From: Planctomycetota bacterium
GTDB taxonomy: Bacteria > Planctomycetota > GCA-002687715 > CAIWVZ01
Assembly (NCBI GenBank): GCA_044222185.1
Contig: JBGANV010000002.1
Span: 448,001 to 512,000, forward strand
Direction of reading: 5' to 3'
DNA: 64,000 nt
Part shown: piece by piece, positions 30,201 through 39,781 of the stretch
Layout: each line of letters opens with the position of its first letter
How positions within the stretch are numbered: the stretch's first letter is position 1
Made by a program: the position numbers and the translations under genes
The notes under the pieces: model-generated
Databases searched by the model: none
What the model was told of the DNA's origin: nothing
The model's input: only the letters and a program-made list of their open reading frames with translations

Positions 30201-30424
30201 GCGCCGAGGACTCGGACGACTTCATCCTTCGCGCCTACGAGTGCTCGGGAGCGCCCGTCGATGCCCAGATCGAGCTCGGCTTCGATGTGGCGGAGCTGCA
30301 CGAGACGGACTTGATCGAGCGCAACGTCGAACCGGCGCCAGGTTCCGTCAGCTTCGTTCCGCGCCGGATTCGCGCCGCGTTCCGCCCCTGGGAGATCCGG
30401 ACGTTCCGCCTGAAGCCGAAGTGA
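27215..30424 (+). CDS. Secreted glycoside hydrolase family 38 (alpha-mannosidase) with extra N-terminal domain
   Basis: Signal peptide ending ATA-Q; GHAHIDLQWLW, WEIVGGRWSEGDNN, RQFLYGQRYF, WEPDTFGH, YGVGNHGGGPT, HHHDTLPGS; C-terminal LKRAED...LRAYE and EIRTF. Confidence 0.95.
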   Translation: MLRVRSIVACLVVLIARQATAQASPTPPSADRALLLVAENLAKGSGNWFAYARFSQTRHVIQKGDRLEYDVMLPGSANPELKGGVDLDLKNANIPRALDGRPWIRDSGLIDEKGLKIHGDAILEPAKDHWYHRSFDLSVAAGTEVRAWTASFEGDATGRYVQLLSNVRITHDGRTVAAGFPDGKPLDVVADNTDGYSRHVIAYDIAREDSITDARVAELIKKAEARNKILEERRKFRSEMDVARDIADATGNAKLKQEIDDAAKLEDGGAFDAGDDEKYVASLHDARHRLAHAHPMMREFTGHLVGHAHIDLQWLWSWDETVEKIIPETFGQAVKFMDEFPAFTFSQSSAALYAVTERRWPELFAKMKKYVADGRWEIVGGRWSEGDNNMISAESHARQFLYGQRYFMKTFGHPAKVGWEPDTFGHAWTMPQVLRKSGINSYYFCRAGKKIPLFRWESPDGSQVLAFDEPATGGWYNDVVDDEKVKELARFAKETGAKDHLMVYGVGNHGGGPTREHIMAALGMDGRGLWPTIRFSTATAFFDKLEEVATKLKAPVVRDELNPIFEGCYTTHSRVKKWNRDSEVMLEAAEAFSALATGPGAAYPRAAFEDMWRDVLWSHHHDTLPGSFVHASALYSAKIYESLLARGEAIRRRAEAALARRVDVPGEGVPVVVVNPVAWPRTDVVDVSVELPAPADGVTVVGASGEVPVQVNGRRVDGDVVTFDLCFEAKDVPGLGAAAYRVRAGAAAAPVASQPSASSPTTYQLLHEKPHGMSAWQIGEYDKTTDVKAPTTTESIEAGPLRWRTRRVMHAGRSTITEDQLTQPGKPGYACDVSIEWLEIGDNKTGSNMLKAMFDTGVTASKATFEIPFGAIARDTNGHEQPALRYVDLSDDTHGVTVLNDCKHGHDVQDGKIRVTLLRSSYDPDPTPDVGMHHVRLAMVPHGGPFDAAAATRAAAEFNKPMRAFVRRDAPVKDAPATSLGVSCAAPNVIITSLKRAEDSDDFILRAYECSGAPVDAQIELGFDVAELHETDLIERNVEPAPGSVSFVPRRIRAAFRPWEIRTFRLKPK

Positions 30425-30450
30425 CGCGAGCTCAGCCGCGGTCGTCGGCG

Positions 30451-31416
30451 CTATGGAGCGCGGCGCGCGCGTTCCATGAACGCTCGCACGTCGGCGAGCG
30501 GCGGCACGCCGTTGGAAGCGCCCGGCGCCTGGATGCCCAGCGCCGCCACGGCATTGCCGAGCGAAACGGCCGCCCGGGTGTCGAGCCCCTCCCGCAGTCC
30601 GGCGATGAAGCCGGCGCACCAGCAGTCGCCGGCGCCCGTGGCATCGACGACCGCGGGGACGGGCCATGGCGGGACGATGGTCGCCTCCTTTCCACGCTCG
30701 TGGACGAACGCGCCCCGCTCGCCGAGCTTCACCACGACGTGTCGCGCGCCGAGGCGATGGAGCGCGATCGCAGCGTCGCCGACGTCGGAGCATCGGGTGA
30801 TCTTCAGCGCCTCGGGCAGCGACGGCACGAAGTAGTCGATGTGTGGAAGCGCGGGCGCGACGCGCCGGTCCCAGTCGGCCGGAGTCGCCGATTCCAGGTG
30901 CACGGTGTCGAGGAGCGTGGTCGCGCCCTGCGCACGAGCGTCGGCGAGGAGTGCGGCCGTCGGATCGCCGTCGAGCGAGTCCATCAGCATCGTGCCTGCG
31001 ACGAAGACGAAGCGACGCCCGTGCAGGGTGTGCGTGGGGACGTCCGTGCGTGAGAGGGCTGCATTCGCTCCACGGGTGTGGATGAAGCTGCGCTCTCCGT
31101 TGGATGCCACGGCGACGAAGGAGAACGACGTGGGCAGCCGCGCATCCCGCACGACCCCGCGCACGTCGAGGCCGTGCTTCGTCAGCTCGCGCAGGACGAA
31201 GTCCCCAAATCCGTCCGTGCCGATGCGGGTGATGACGTCGCACCCCACACCGAGGCGTGCCAACGCGGTGGCGGCGTTGACGGCACAGCCACCGGTCGCG
31301 AGCGTCAACTCGTCGAACAACCGCAGGCCACCGGGCTCCGGGAACACATCCACCGGCCGCGCGATGGCATCGGCAACCGCGATACCGATCACGAGCACGT
31401 CGTGCATGGCGGCCAT
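30451..31416 (-). CDS. PfkB family carbohydrate kinase
   Basis: GGCAVNAATALARLG, GTDGFG, GERSF, VVKLGERG, VVDATGAGDCWCAGF; start at 31416 or 31407. Confidence 0.95.
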   Translation of the reverse strand: MAAMHDVLVIGIAVADAIARPVDVFPEPGGLRLFDELTLATGGCAVNAATALARLGVGCDVITRIGTDGFGDFVLRELTKHGLDVRGVVRDARLPTSFSFVAVASNGERSFIHTRGANAALSRTDVPTHTLHGRRFVFVAGTMLMDSLDGDPTAALLADARAQGATTLLDTVHLESATPADWDRRVAPALPHIDYFVPSLPEALKITRCSDVGDAAIALHRLGARHVVVKLGERGAFVHERGKEATIVPPWPVPAVVDATGAGDCWCAGFIAGLREGLDTRAAVSLGNAVAALGIQAPGASNGVPPLADVRAFMERARRAP

Positions 31417-31477
31417 GGTATCCGGCGTCGCGCGCGGGCGCGGCTGAGGCGTCCAAGTGATCCGCGACGCCGTCGGA

Positions 31478-33199
31478 TCAGAGCGTGATCTCGTGTGCGT
31501 CGGTCGCCGCGTAGATCCCGTTCGCCGCCCAGGGCGCGGCGCAGAACCCCTGGATGCGGAGCGTGTTCCCGGAGACACCCGGCGGAACTGGCGCATACAG
31601 CGCGATGCCCGCTGGCGTCAGGCCAGGCGCGGGGAACGGCAACGGGGTCAGCGAGCCCGCGATCGTGATCGAGACGTTCAGGTTCATCTGCACGCCGGGG
31701 ATGCCCAGGTTCGGCGGCGGTGCGCCCGTGGTGAAGACCTCAGCCAGGACCACGGGCTGCGCGCTCACGAACGTCCCGAGCGGCGAGTGCATGCGGATCG
31801 AAAGCTGTTGGCCCGTGGTCGCAGGATGCGACGGCGAGTTCGGATCCCCGGCACCTGACACCTGTGTGTAGAGGTGAAGGCGTTCACCGGTTCCGGGTAG
31901 CGTCGCATTGGGGACTTCGTCGACTCCCATGTCGACGACTCCAACGACGCGCGGGCCGCCGTCCAGGTCCGTCGCCGGGAGTCCGAAGGCGCCGCTCGTG
32001 CCCGCGTTGCGGCACGGGGACGACGGAGCGAGGTGGAAGTCGCCGCCGGCCGGGTCGATCCACGACGGATCCGTCGCGCGGTTCGTCGGGTTCGCCGCGA
32101 ACGCACCGGATCCGATGTCGGAGTACGTGACGTTGGGCGCCGCCGCACCGGCGAAGCCGAGGTCGGGACCCAGGTTTCCCCAGAGGATGCAGTTGGTGAC
32201 GGCGACGCCCGCGCCTGGGCTCGTGAACAACCCCGCGCCGCCCCCCGATGAGTTCCCGTAGAAGACGTTGTTGGTGAGCGCCGCGCTTCCGCCGTTGGCC
32301 GAAACCACGAAGGCCCCTCCGCCGAGCATCAGCGCCGAGTTGCCGGCGAACACGGAGCCCGAGAGCAGGAGGCCCGCGGCCTCGGAATAGAGTCCGCCGC
32401 CCAGTGTCCAGTTCAGATAGAAGCCCGCCGTGTTCTGGATGAATCGGCACCCGGTGACCGTCGGCGACGTGGCGGCGAGGAATGCGAGGCCGCCGCCGGG
32501 GCCGACGCCCGCGTTGTTCTGGAACGTGCAGCGCACGAGCGTGGGCGAACAGCCCGCGGAAGCTCCGAGGTTCCGGACCATCATGCCGCCACCGCCGGGG
32601 AGGTTGTTGTTGGTCCCGCCGTTGGCCGTGTTGCCGAGGATCGCGCACTCGTCGAAGAGCGCATAGCAGGTCCCCGAGCCGGTCGTCTCGACGTAGATCC
32701 CGCCGCCGGATTGGTCCGCGATGTTCCCGCTGATCGTGCAGTGCGAAACCGTGGGCGAAGCATTCGTCGACGCGCGACACTCCAGGCCACCTCCGCTCGC
32801 GGAGCTCGCGAAGTTCCCCGTGATCGTGCAGTTCATGATCGTCGGCGACGAGTTCTGGCAAGTCACTCCGCCACCGCCGCCGGCGATGCGGAAGCCATTC
32901 AGCACGGTCGTGGCGGCCTCGCCCGAAACGAACTGGACCACTCGCTGGCCCGGCGCGCCCAGGATCGTCGTCACGGAGGCGCCGCCCGAGCTTTGAACCG
33001 TGACGGCCTTTCCGAGGAAGTTGATGCCGCCCGAGTACGTCCCAGGCGCGACGAGGATCGTGGCGCCGGGCAAGGCTGCGCCGATGGCGGATTGGATCGT
33101 GGGGTACGTTCCGGGAACGTTCAGGGTCTGGGCAGCCGCCGTCCCGAGGACCAGCGATGCCGCGACGACGATGACGAGTGTCTTCACGTGGATCTCCAT
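31478..33199 (-). CDS. Secreted right-handed beta-helix protein with choice-of-anchor-Q-like module and conserved C-terminal domain
   Basis: Signal peptide ending TAAA-Q; VPGTYPTIQSAI...VAPGTY; repeated CTIxGN..GGG; DFHLAPSSPCRNAG..DLDGGPRVVGVVDMGVDE; ends PPGVSG..LRIQ...TDAHEITL. True start may be GTG at 33187. Confidence 0.85.
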   Translation of the reverse strand: MEIHVKTLVIVVAASLVLGTAAAQTLNVPGTYPTIQSAIGAALPGATILVAPGTYSGGINFLGKAVTVQSSGGASVTTILGAPGQRVVQFVSGEAATTVLNGFRIAGGGGGVTCQNSSPTIMNCTITGNFASSASGGGLECRASTNASPTVSHCTISGNIADQSGGGIYVETTGSGTCYALFDECAILGNTANGGTNNNLPGGGGMMVRNLGASAGCSPTLVRCTFQNNAGVGPGGGLAFLAATSPTVTGCRFIQNTAGFYLNWTLGGGLYSEAAGLLLSGSVFAGNSALMLGGGAFVVSANGGSAALTNNVFYGNSSGGGAGLFTSPGAGVAVTNCILWGNLGPDLGFAGAAAPNVTYSDIGSGAFAANPTNRATDPSWIDPAGGDFHLAPSSPCRNAGTSGAFGLPATDLDGGPRVVGVVDMGVDEVPNATLPGTGERLHLYTQVSGAGDPNSPSHPATTGQQLSIRMHSPLGTFVSAQPVVLAEVFTTGAPPPNLGIPGVQMNLNVSITIAGSLTPLPFPAPGLTPAGIALYAPVPPGVSGNTLRIQGFCAAPWAANGIYAATDAHEITL

Positions 33200-33508
33200 G
33201 TCACGCCTGGAACGACCGATCCGATCGGATCGACCAAGCTGCGAGCATAGGGACCACGCCGGTTCGGCGCAACGAGAACGAATCCCGCCGGAATGCGGTG
33301 TCGGCGAGTGTCGAGCCGCACGGCCCAACGGCCGCCGCAGCCTGGCCCGTCTCGTTCTTTACATCCGCCCTGGTCGGGTGTACGGTCGGCGCTCACCCCG
33401 CTTGTTCCGCAGCTTCCCCGAAGCGTTCGTCAAGCATCCCGTCGCGCATGTCGAGGTCCGACGCGGATCCGGTCGCCGCTTGATGGCGACCGTGTCAGGA
33501 GATCGAAA

Positions 33509-35179
33509 ATGATGAAGCGTTCCGCGTGCCTGGGCGCGTTGGCCTGGGTCAGCCTGTCGACCGTCAGTGTCCTGGCTCAATCCAATGCCATCACAGGTCG
33601 TGACATCGGCATCGAGAGGTTTGGTTCGTTGAGTGCGGGCAACCGCGGAGTCGGCGCATTTCCAAACGGCGCGTCGGCATTCGGTATCGGCACGACCTCG
33701 TGCAACCCCGGCACGGACCCGATCCCGTTCGAGCCGGCGATGAGCGTCAATCACTGCTTCATCCACTACATCCTTGCGCGGGAGTCGGGCGGCCGCCTCG
33801 TTCAGATCTCCGATCGCAGCTACGTGAAGCACACCTTCGGCTCGTCGAACGATCCGAGCATCTGTGGCGGGACGTGCGTCAATCAGGCGACGTCGCCGAT
33901 CCTCGAGCCCGGCTGCAACGACGCGTACGCGGCGTCGCAGGCCATGGACAACTTCAACCTGGGCCCGCCGGATGAGATCGATCCCTGGCTCGGCACGTGG
34001 TCGCAGATCTGCTCGCGTTTCGATCAGGGTGACCCCGTCGTGGGATCGGCCCAGCAGTGCGACAACGTCCGCAGCCTGACGCAGACCCAGGCGAACACGC
34101 TCAACAACTCGCTCAACCACCAGCCGCGCGTCTACGACTCGGACCTGAACGTCGCGGGCGCCACGTTCTGGTACCAGGCCGGGTATCTGGCGCCGAAGGA
34201 GTTCGAGGCGAACCGCGGCAACAACATCGGATCGCGGCAGTTCACGCCGACGTGGACCGGCAGCAACTGGAACTTCGGCGGCGGATCACAGCAGCCGGGA
34301 CTGCCAGGCACGATCCTCCAGCGTTGGACCGGAGCGACGATCTCGTCTGCGGTGAATCAGAACGGAGCCAATCCTCCGGATGACGGCCGGTACTTCGTCG
34401 CCGTGAAGGTCACGGGGCCGTCGAGTGGGTTCTTCCACTACGAGTACGCCGTGCACAATCGCGACAACAAACGGGGAATGGGCAGCTTCCGCGTGCCGAT
34501 CTGCTCGGGAGCGCGCGTCACCAACTTCGGCTTCCACGACGTGGATCGCGACGCCAACGACGATTGGACCGCGACGGCCTCGGGCAGCCAGATCTCGTTT
34601 TCCACGACGGGGAATCCGCTGCGCTGGAACTCGATCTTCAACTTCTGGTTCGACTGCGACGCGGCTCCCGTCGCGGGCGGCGCATTGCAGCTCGATCAGT
34701 TCGATCCAGGAGCAGGCCTGCCGACGGTCACCGTGATCAGCACGGCACCGCTTGCGCTCTACAACGTGTGGCTCGGCGCGGGCTGCTCGCTCGGAACGGC
34801 GCCGACGCTCTTCGCCATCGGCTCACCCGATCATGCAACGCTCGGGAATGCGACGTTCGGCGCGGCCAGCGCCAACAACGCTCCGGGTGCGTTGGTCTAC
34901 CTGTTCGGGAGCACGGTCGACGGCACGCTGGTGGCGTCGCCGTGCAGCGTGTTCCTCGGCCCGGATCTCTTCAGCGTGAGTCTCATCGCGACGACGAACG
35001 CGAGCGGCCTCGGCGTCGCGACGTTCTCGCTGCCGGTGCCGAGCGATCCGGCGGCCGAAGGCGTGCACGTGAACATCCAGACGGCGGAATCGGACCCGAA
35101 CGGCGCCGTCAACGGCGTCTTCGATCTGTCGAACGGGCTCCGCGTCCGAGTCGGCAGCGCCCTCCTCGGCTGTCCGTAG
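33509..35179 (+). CDS. Secreted Cys-containing hypothetical protein with conserved C-terminal domain
   Basis: AGGAG RBS; signal peptide ending VLA-Q; GTTSCNPG, VKHTF, GCNDAY, HYEYAVHN, FNFWFDCD; ends PSDPAAEG...Q...DP...DLSNGLRVRVG. Confidence 0.8.
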   Translation: MMKRSACLGALAWVSLSTVSVLAQSNAITGRDIGIERFGSLSAGNRGVGAFPNGASAFGIGTTSCNPGTDPIPFEPAMSVNHCFIHYILARESGGRLVQISDRSYVKHTFGSSNDPSICGGTCVNQATSPILEPGCNDAYAASQAMDNFNLGPPDEIDPWLGTWSQICSRFDQGDPVVGSAQQCDNVRSLTQTQANTLNNSLNHQPRVYDSDLNVAGATFWYQAGYLAPKEFEANRGNNIGSRQFTPTWTGSNWNFGGGSQQPGLPGTILQRWTGATISSAVNQNGANPPDDGRYFVAVKVTGPSSGFFHYEYAVHNRDNKRGMGSFRVPICSGARVTNFGFHDVDRDANDDWTATASGSQISFSTTGNPLRWNSIFNFWFDCDAAPVAGGALQLDQFDPGAGLPTVTVISTAPLALYNVWLGAGCSLGTAPTLFAIGSPDHATLGNATFGAASANNAPGALVYLFGSTVDGTLVASPCSVFLGPDLFSVSLIATTNASGLGVATFSLPVPSDPAAEGVHVNIQTAESDPNGAVNGVFDLSNGLRVRVGSALLGCP

Positions 35180-35233
35180 GCATCCAGCACGCGGCGCGCC
35201 AGGCGTGCCGTCGAACCGAGCGGCCATGCTCCC

Positions 35234-36952
35234 ATGCCCGATCGCCGCGACTTCCTGAAGACCGGACTGTCCGCCGTGGGCCTGGGCTTGCTGGCCCAGG
35301 CCGGCCGGGCGGCGCAGGCGCTCGGGCTCCGGCGTCCCATCGATCCCGGAGCCGTCGCCGCTCGGCCGAGGCCGCTTTCGTCGAATCCGTTCCTCGGCCT
35401 TCCCGCCAACCCGCCGTCGATCGTCGTCAGCGGGTTGCCGTTCGAGCCCTGGTTCACGGCCGACGACTTCCCGGACCCGCAATCCATTCCATTCCACGCG
35501 AGCTGGTCCGGGACGATCCCGCCACCGACGGAGACCGTGGACGTGGCCATCGTCGGCGGGGGAATCTCCGGCCTGGCGTCGGCGTACTTCCTGCGCAAGC
35601 ACCGCCCGGTGCTGTTCGACCTCCGCCCGCGATTCGGCGGCAACGCGCAGGGTGAGAAGTGGCGCGGGACGCGGTTCTCGCTCGGGAGCGCGTACTTCAT
35701 CGCACCGGACGAGGGCAGTTTCCTCGAAGACCTGTACCACGCGCTCGGTCTGCACGAGACGCGCGTCGAGAGCTTCCCACCGGACCCGGTGGAGGTTTCC
35801 GGGGTGATCCGGCCCGACTTCTGGAGCGGTGCCGGCGCCTCGCCCGCCGAGCAGCTCGCGTTCAACGCCTACGCCGCCGTCGTGACGAACATGGCGAACA
35901 ACGCCTATCCCGAGATTCCGCTCTCGAAGGATCCCGCGGCCGCTGCGTCGGTGCGTGCCCTCGACCAACGGACGTTCCGCCAGGACGTCGAGCTGCAGAT
36001 GGGGATGCCGCTCACGCCGCTGCTCGCGACGGGAATCCAGGCGTACTTCTACTCATCGTTCGGCGTGGGGATGGAGGCGATCTCCGCCGCAGCCGGATGG
36101 AATTTCGTGGCAGCGGAGGAGTTCGGCCGGTGGGTCCTGCCCGGCGGCAACGCGGGGATGGCGGACGCATTCTGGAAGAAGCTCCGAGCGGTGGAGGAGC
36201 AGGTCCCGACGGCGCCCATGCTGCGGGCCGGATGCCGCGTCGTCGACGTCCGCACGGAGGGCAAGCACGTCAAGGTCACCTGGATCGATCCGGCGGGGGC
36301 GACTCGCGCTCTGTTGGCGCGATACGTCGTGATGGCCGGGTCGAAGCACGTGTGCAAGCACGTGATCCACGACCTCGCGAACCTCGACAACGACAAATAC
36401 GAGGCCATGCAGCAGGTCGCCACGTCGGCCTACGTCGTCGCGAACGTCCTCCTGGACGCGCCGTCCGCGGCGCCCGGGTACGACCTGTTCCTCGCAGGCG
36501 ACGGTGACTTCCCCATGACGGAGAACGCCGCGGAACTGGCGTCGCGTCCCATCGACGTCGTCGACGGCAACTTTGCCCTGAACCCCAATCATCCGCGCAG
36601 CGTCTTGACGCTCTATTGGCCGTTGCCGTGGGCGACGGCGCGGTTCGGCCTGTTGCTCAACGATCCCTACACGCGATATGCGGAGACCCTCGCACCGCGG
36701 CTGACCGCGGTCCTGGGATTGCTCGACGTCCCCACGTCGGCCGTCAAGCAGATCCGTCTGTCGCGCTGGGGTCACGCCATGCCGATCGCGAGGCCGAACT
36801 TCATCGCTGACGGCATTCCCGAGCGGCTTCTGCGTCCGTTCCAGGATCGCGTCTTCTTCGTGAACCAGGACGACTGGGCGCTCCCGGCCATCGAAAACTC
36901 CCTGCTCGACGCGAAGAGCGTGACCGATCAGATCGCGGCGTCGTTGAGCTGA
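35234..36952 (+). CDS. Tat-exported FAD-dependent oxidoreductase (amine oxidase-like)
   Basis: Twin-arginine motif DRRDFLK; VAIVGGGISGLASAY dinucleotide motif; FGGNA, LGSAYF, RWGHAMP. Confidence 0.85.
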   Translation: MPDRRDFLKTGLSAVGLGLLAQAGRAAQALGLRRPIDPGAVAARPRPLSSNPFLGLPANPPSIVVSGLPFEPWFTADDFPDPQSIPFHASWSGTIPPPTETVDVAIVGGGISGLASAYFLRKHRPVLFDLRPRFGGNAQGEKWRGTRFSLGSAYFIAPDEGSFLEDLYHALGLHETRVESFPPDPVEVSGVIRPDFWSGAGASPAEQLAFNAYAAVVTNMANNAYPEIPLSKDPAAAASVRALDQRTFRQDVELQMGMPLTPLLATGIQAYFYSSFGVGMEAISAAAGWNFVAAEEFGRWVLPGGNAGMADAFWKKLRAVEEQVPTAPMLRAGCRVVDVRTEGKHVKVTWIDPAGATRALLARYVVMAGSKHVCKHVIHDLANLDNDKYEAMQQVATSAYVVANVLLDAPSAAPGYDLFLAGDGDFPMTENAAELASRPIDVVDGNFALNPNHPRSVLTLYWPLPWATARFGLLLNDPYTRYAETLAPRLTAVLGLLDVPTSAVKQIRLSRWGHAMPIARPNFIADGIPERLLRPFQDRVFFVNQDDWALPAIENSLLDAKSVTDQIAASLS

Positions 36953-37293
36953 CGCCGAACGGATCGTCGGTCCGCCGCGGCCTTCCGTGCCGGCACTTCG
37001 ATCCCGAGTTCGCGCAGCAGGCGTGCTCGCGTCGGGCGGGCGCTCGCGATTCTCTCCTTGTCCGGTCGCGCGAGCCGCTTCATGCGGATCTCGACGCGCT
37101 GGGCGAGGCCGCGCTCGCCGATGCGGCAGTGGTACAGCAGCGTGAGGGGCCCGCGCCCCCGCAGGAACTTGGCCCCGAGGCCGTTCGCGTGGGCCGCCAG
37201 GCGCCGCTCGACGTCGGGACTGATTCCCGTGTAGATCTCGTCGCCGGCGGTGCGGATCAGGTAGACGAACCAGGGTTTCATCGCGTCGGCCAT
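36928..37293 (-). CDS. GIY-YIG nuclease family protein (UPF0213/YazA-like)
   Basis: WFVYLIRTAGDEIYTGISPDVERRLAAH..GLGAKFLRGRGP...E..MKRL..K. Confidence 0.9.
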   Translation of the reverse strand: MADAMKPWFVYLIRTAGDEIYTGISPDVERRLAAHANGLGAKFLRGRGPLTLLYHCRIGERGLAQRVEIRMKRLARPDKERIASARPTRARLLRELGIEVPARKAAADRRSVRRQLNDAAI

Positions 37294-37433
37294 GATCACG
37301 CCGCCCGTCATCGCGTTCCAGGCGGGCGTCGCCCGCCCGAAGCTCGCCTCGAAGTCCGTGTCATGTTCGAGGCCCCGGTGACGCTCAGCGATGGGATCTG
37401 TCCCTTTGGTTCCGATTTGGCTGGAGGTGTGCC

Positions 37434-38198
37434 ATGAGCGGCGAGAACGACGGCTACTTCTGTCGACTGCGGCGGTTCTGGTTCCCGGACTGGCCGACCG
37501 GGCTGTGGTTCCTCTTCGGCCTGATGCCGGCGCTCTTCTTCCAGACGGTCATCCACGAAGGCTGGCACGTCGTGTTCGCCAAGTTCAAAGTCGACGTCTT
37601 TGCGCCGTTTCCGCTCTGTCAGAAGGGCGGGCACATCCGCAACGGGCTCACGATCTACGACCTCGGCGTGCACGCGTTCCCCGCGGCGCCCCAGATCATG
37701 GAACTCGTGATGCTGGTCGGCCTGTTCTTCCTCCTCTTCTTCTGGCCGTTTCGCAGTCGCGCGCTCCGTTACGTGTTCCGGCTGTGGTTCTTCGCCGTGT
37801 GCGTCGACTTCTGCTTCAACACGTTCGCCTCGCTCTTCGGCAACCCGCGTCCCGACACGGACTGGACCAAGTTCCAGGCGGACCTGAAGTGGGGTGACGG
37901 CGGGATGGCCGTGTTCACCTGGATCCTGTGGATCGTGTTCGTCCTCAGCCATTTCGTCTGGGTCAACTGGTCGCGATGGCATCGCAACGAACCCGAGCGC
38001 GCCACGTTCTTCTCCTACCGCTGGATGGCGATCCCGTTGTTCCTTCTCTCCATGACGGCGCTGATCTTCACGTGGACCGTCAGCGACAAGCGGATCGACA
38101 AGGGATGCGCGTACGCGATCCTCGCCATGGTCGGGCAGATCCTCTCGGCGCTCTGGTTCGTGGCGTATTTCATCTGGTGCAGCGCGCGGAAGGCGTGA
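37434..38198 (+). CDS. Integral membrane protein with HExxH motif (possible M50-like zinc protease)
   Basis: GGAGG RBS; about 6 TM segments; QTVIHEGWH at the end of the first TM, AAP motif and later PDTDW. Confidence 0.6.
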   Translation: MSGENDGYFCRLRRFWFPDWPTGLWFLFGLMPALFFQTVIHEGWHVVFAKFKVDVFAPFPLCQKGGHIRNGLTIYDLGVHAFPAAPQIMELVMLVGLFFLLFFWPFRSRALRYVFRLWFFAVCVDFCFNTFASLFGNPRPDTDWTKFQADLKWGDGGMAVFTWILWIVFVLSHFVWVNWSRWHRNEPERATFFSYRWMAIPLFLLSMTALIFTWTVSDKRIDKGCAYAILAMVGQILSALWFVAYFIWCSARKA

Positions 38199-38206
38199 GG
38201 GCCGAT

Positions 38207-39781
38207 CTATCGGGGGTTCGGCGGAGCATTCATCTGATCGAGGCGCGTCGCGGCGAGACGACGCACCTGCACGTCTCCCTCGTTCTGCGGCTTCGTGTCC
38301 AGGATCGCACGAAGCTGCGAGCGCGCGCCGTCGCGGTCGCCGAGGATCATCAGGACCGTCGCGAGATCCATGCGCGCGCCCGTGAACTCGGGGTTCAGGG
38401 TCGTCGCGCGGCGAAGGCATGCCTCCGCCTGCGGCCACCGCTCGACGTAGCGGTGAGCGTTGCCGAGATACAGCTGGAGCTCGCCGGTCTGGGTCAATCC
38501 CCACCGCTCGGCCGTGGAAAGGTGGGCGAGCGCTGAATCGACGAGCGCCCCGCGCTCCGCGCGCGGGAGGTCGCGAGCCTGGCGAACGAGTGCCTTGCCG
38601 GTCCGCGTCTCCCACTGAACGAACGCGCTGTGCCCGGCGAACAGCAGCCATAGGACGATCGACGCCGCCGTCAGGACACCTGCGCGCGTCCACGCCCCGT
38701 CACGACGCAGCGTGAGCGATTGGAGGCGGAAGTCCGACGCGCCTACGAGGCGAACGGCCGTGATGCCGAGGAACGCCGTCACCGAGGCCAGGCCGATAGC
38801 CAGGAGGAACGGCACGACGTCGTACAGATCGCGGAACGCGTAGAGCGCGAGGCAGAAGACGGCGGCGAGCGTGACCTCACCCGGCCAGCTCAAGTCGTAC
38901 GTTCGTTTGGGAGGGCGCCGCGATGACGCAGGCTTTGCAACGGCCGGCGCACCGAATCCGAAGCTCAGTGCCTCCTTCGGGCAAGCCGTGACGCAGTCGA
39001 GGCACTTCATGCATCCGCTGTCGACGACCATCCCGTACGCCGCCACTTCCTCGTGGACCCGCACGTTGCTCGTGCAGACCGCCGTGCAATGGCCGCAGCC
39101 CTCGCAGGCGTCGTTGACGCGGATCTTCCCCGGCGCGATGCGATCGGCGACGCCGAAGATCGCTCCGTACGGACAACCGTATGTGCAGAACCCCTTGGCC
39201 CCGAGGAACCAGACGATGAGGAACCCGTCGACGAGGATCGTGAGCAGTGCGATCCCGGGTCCCGGAAACGTCCGCCAGAACGAATCGGTCGTGAAGTGAG
39301 CCGCGAACGCGGGCGCCGCGCGTGACGCCCACGCGCGCTCGATCGTCGGCCACGCGAACATGTAGAGCGCGGCGCCCATCGGCACGAGCATCAACAGCCG
39401 CGACCGGAACGGCCGCGGGCGCAGCCGCAGCTTGCCCAGGACCCACGCGCACAGGTCCTGGTACGCGACCACGTGACACGCCCACCCGCAGAAGAACCGC
39501 CCGAAGATCAGCGTCGACACGATCAGGAGCGCGAAGACGATGAATCCCGCGTTCACGTATCCGAGCTCGAGCGTTTGCATCGCCTCCGACGGCTCGAGCG
39601 GCGTGAGTGTGGTGCCCGCGATCTTCCAGTGGGCGACGTGGGCGAGCACCGCGATGTGGACGGCGACGAGGACCAGGGCACGCACTCGCCCGCGCTTCGA
39701 AGGCGCGACGGGACCACAGCGCGTGGCATGAGGGATGTTCGTCGGGAGCTCCACGGCGCAGAGGATACGATCCCGCGGCAT
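38207..39781 (-). CDS. Membrane 4Fe-4S binding protein (NapH/YccM-like polyferredoxin) with C-terminal TPR
   Basis: FGRFFCGWACH, FCTYGCPYG, CEGCGHCTAVC, CMKCLDCVTACP; several TMs; C-terminal LGNAH...AEACLRRATTLNPEFTGARMDLA TPR. Start uncertain. Confidence 0.88.
   Translation of the reverse strand: MPRDRILCAVELPTNIPHATRCGPVAPSKRGRVRALVLVAVHIAVLAHVAHWKIAGTTLTPLEPSEAMQTLELGYVNAGFIVFALLIVSTLIFGRFFCGWACHVVAYQDLCAWVLGKLRLRPRPFRSRLLMLVPMGAALYMFAWPTIERAWASRAAPAFAAHFTTDSFWRTFPGPGIALLTILVDGFLIVWFLGAKGFCTYGCPYGAIFGVADRIAPGKIRVNDACEGCGHCTAVCTSNVRVHEEVAAYGMVVDSGCMKCLDCVTACPKEALSFGFGAPAVAKPASSRRPPKRTYDLSWPGEVTLAAVFCLALYAFRDLYDVVPFLLAIGLASVTAFLGITAVRLVGASDFRLQSLTLRRDGAWTRAGVLTAASIVLWLLFAGHSAFVQWETRTGKALVRQARDLPRAERGALVDSALAHLSTAERWGLTQTGELQLYLGNAHRYVERWPQAEACLRRATTLNPEFTGARMDLATVLMILGDRDGARSQLRAILDTKPQNEGDVQVRRLAATRLDQMNAPPNPR

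Noticed and set aside
36928-37293. GIY-YIG gene as a homing endonuclease or mobile element
   Set aside because: Size and motifs fit the small stand-alone UPF0213 family; no intron, terminal repeats or transposase nearby.
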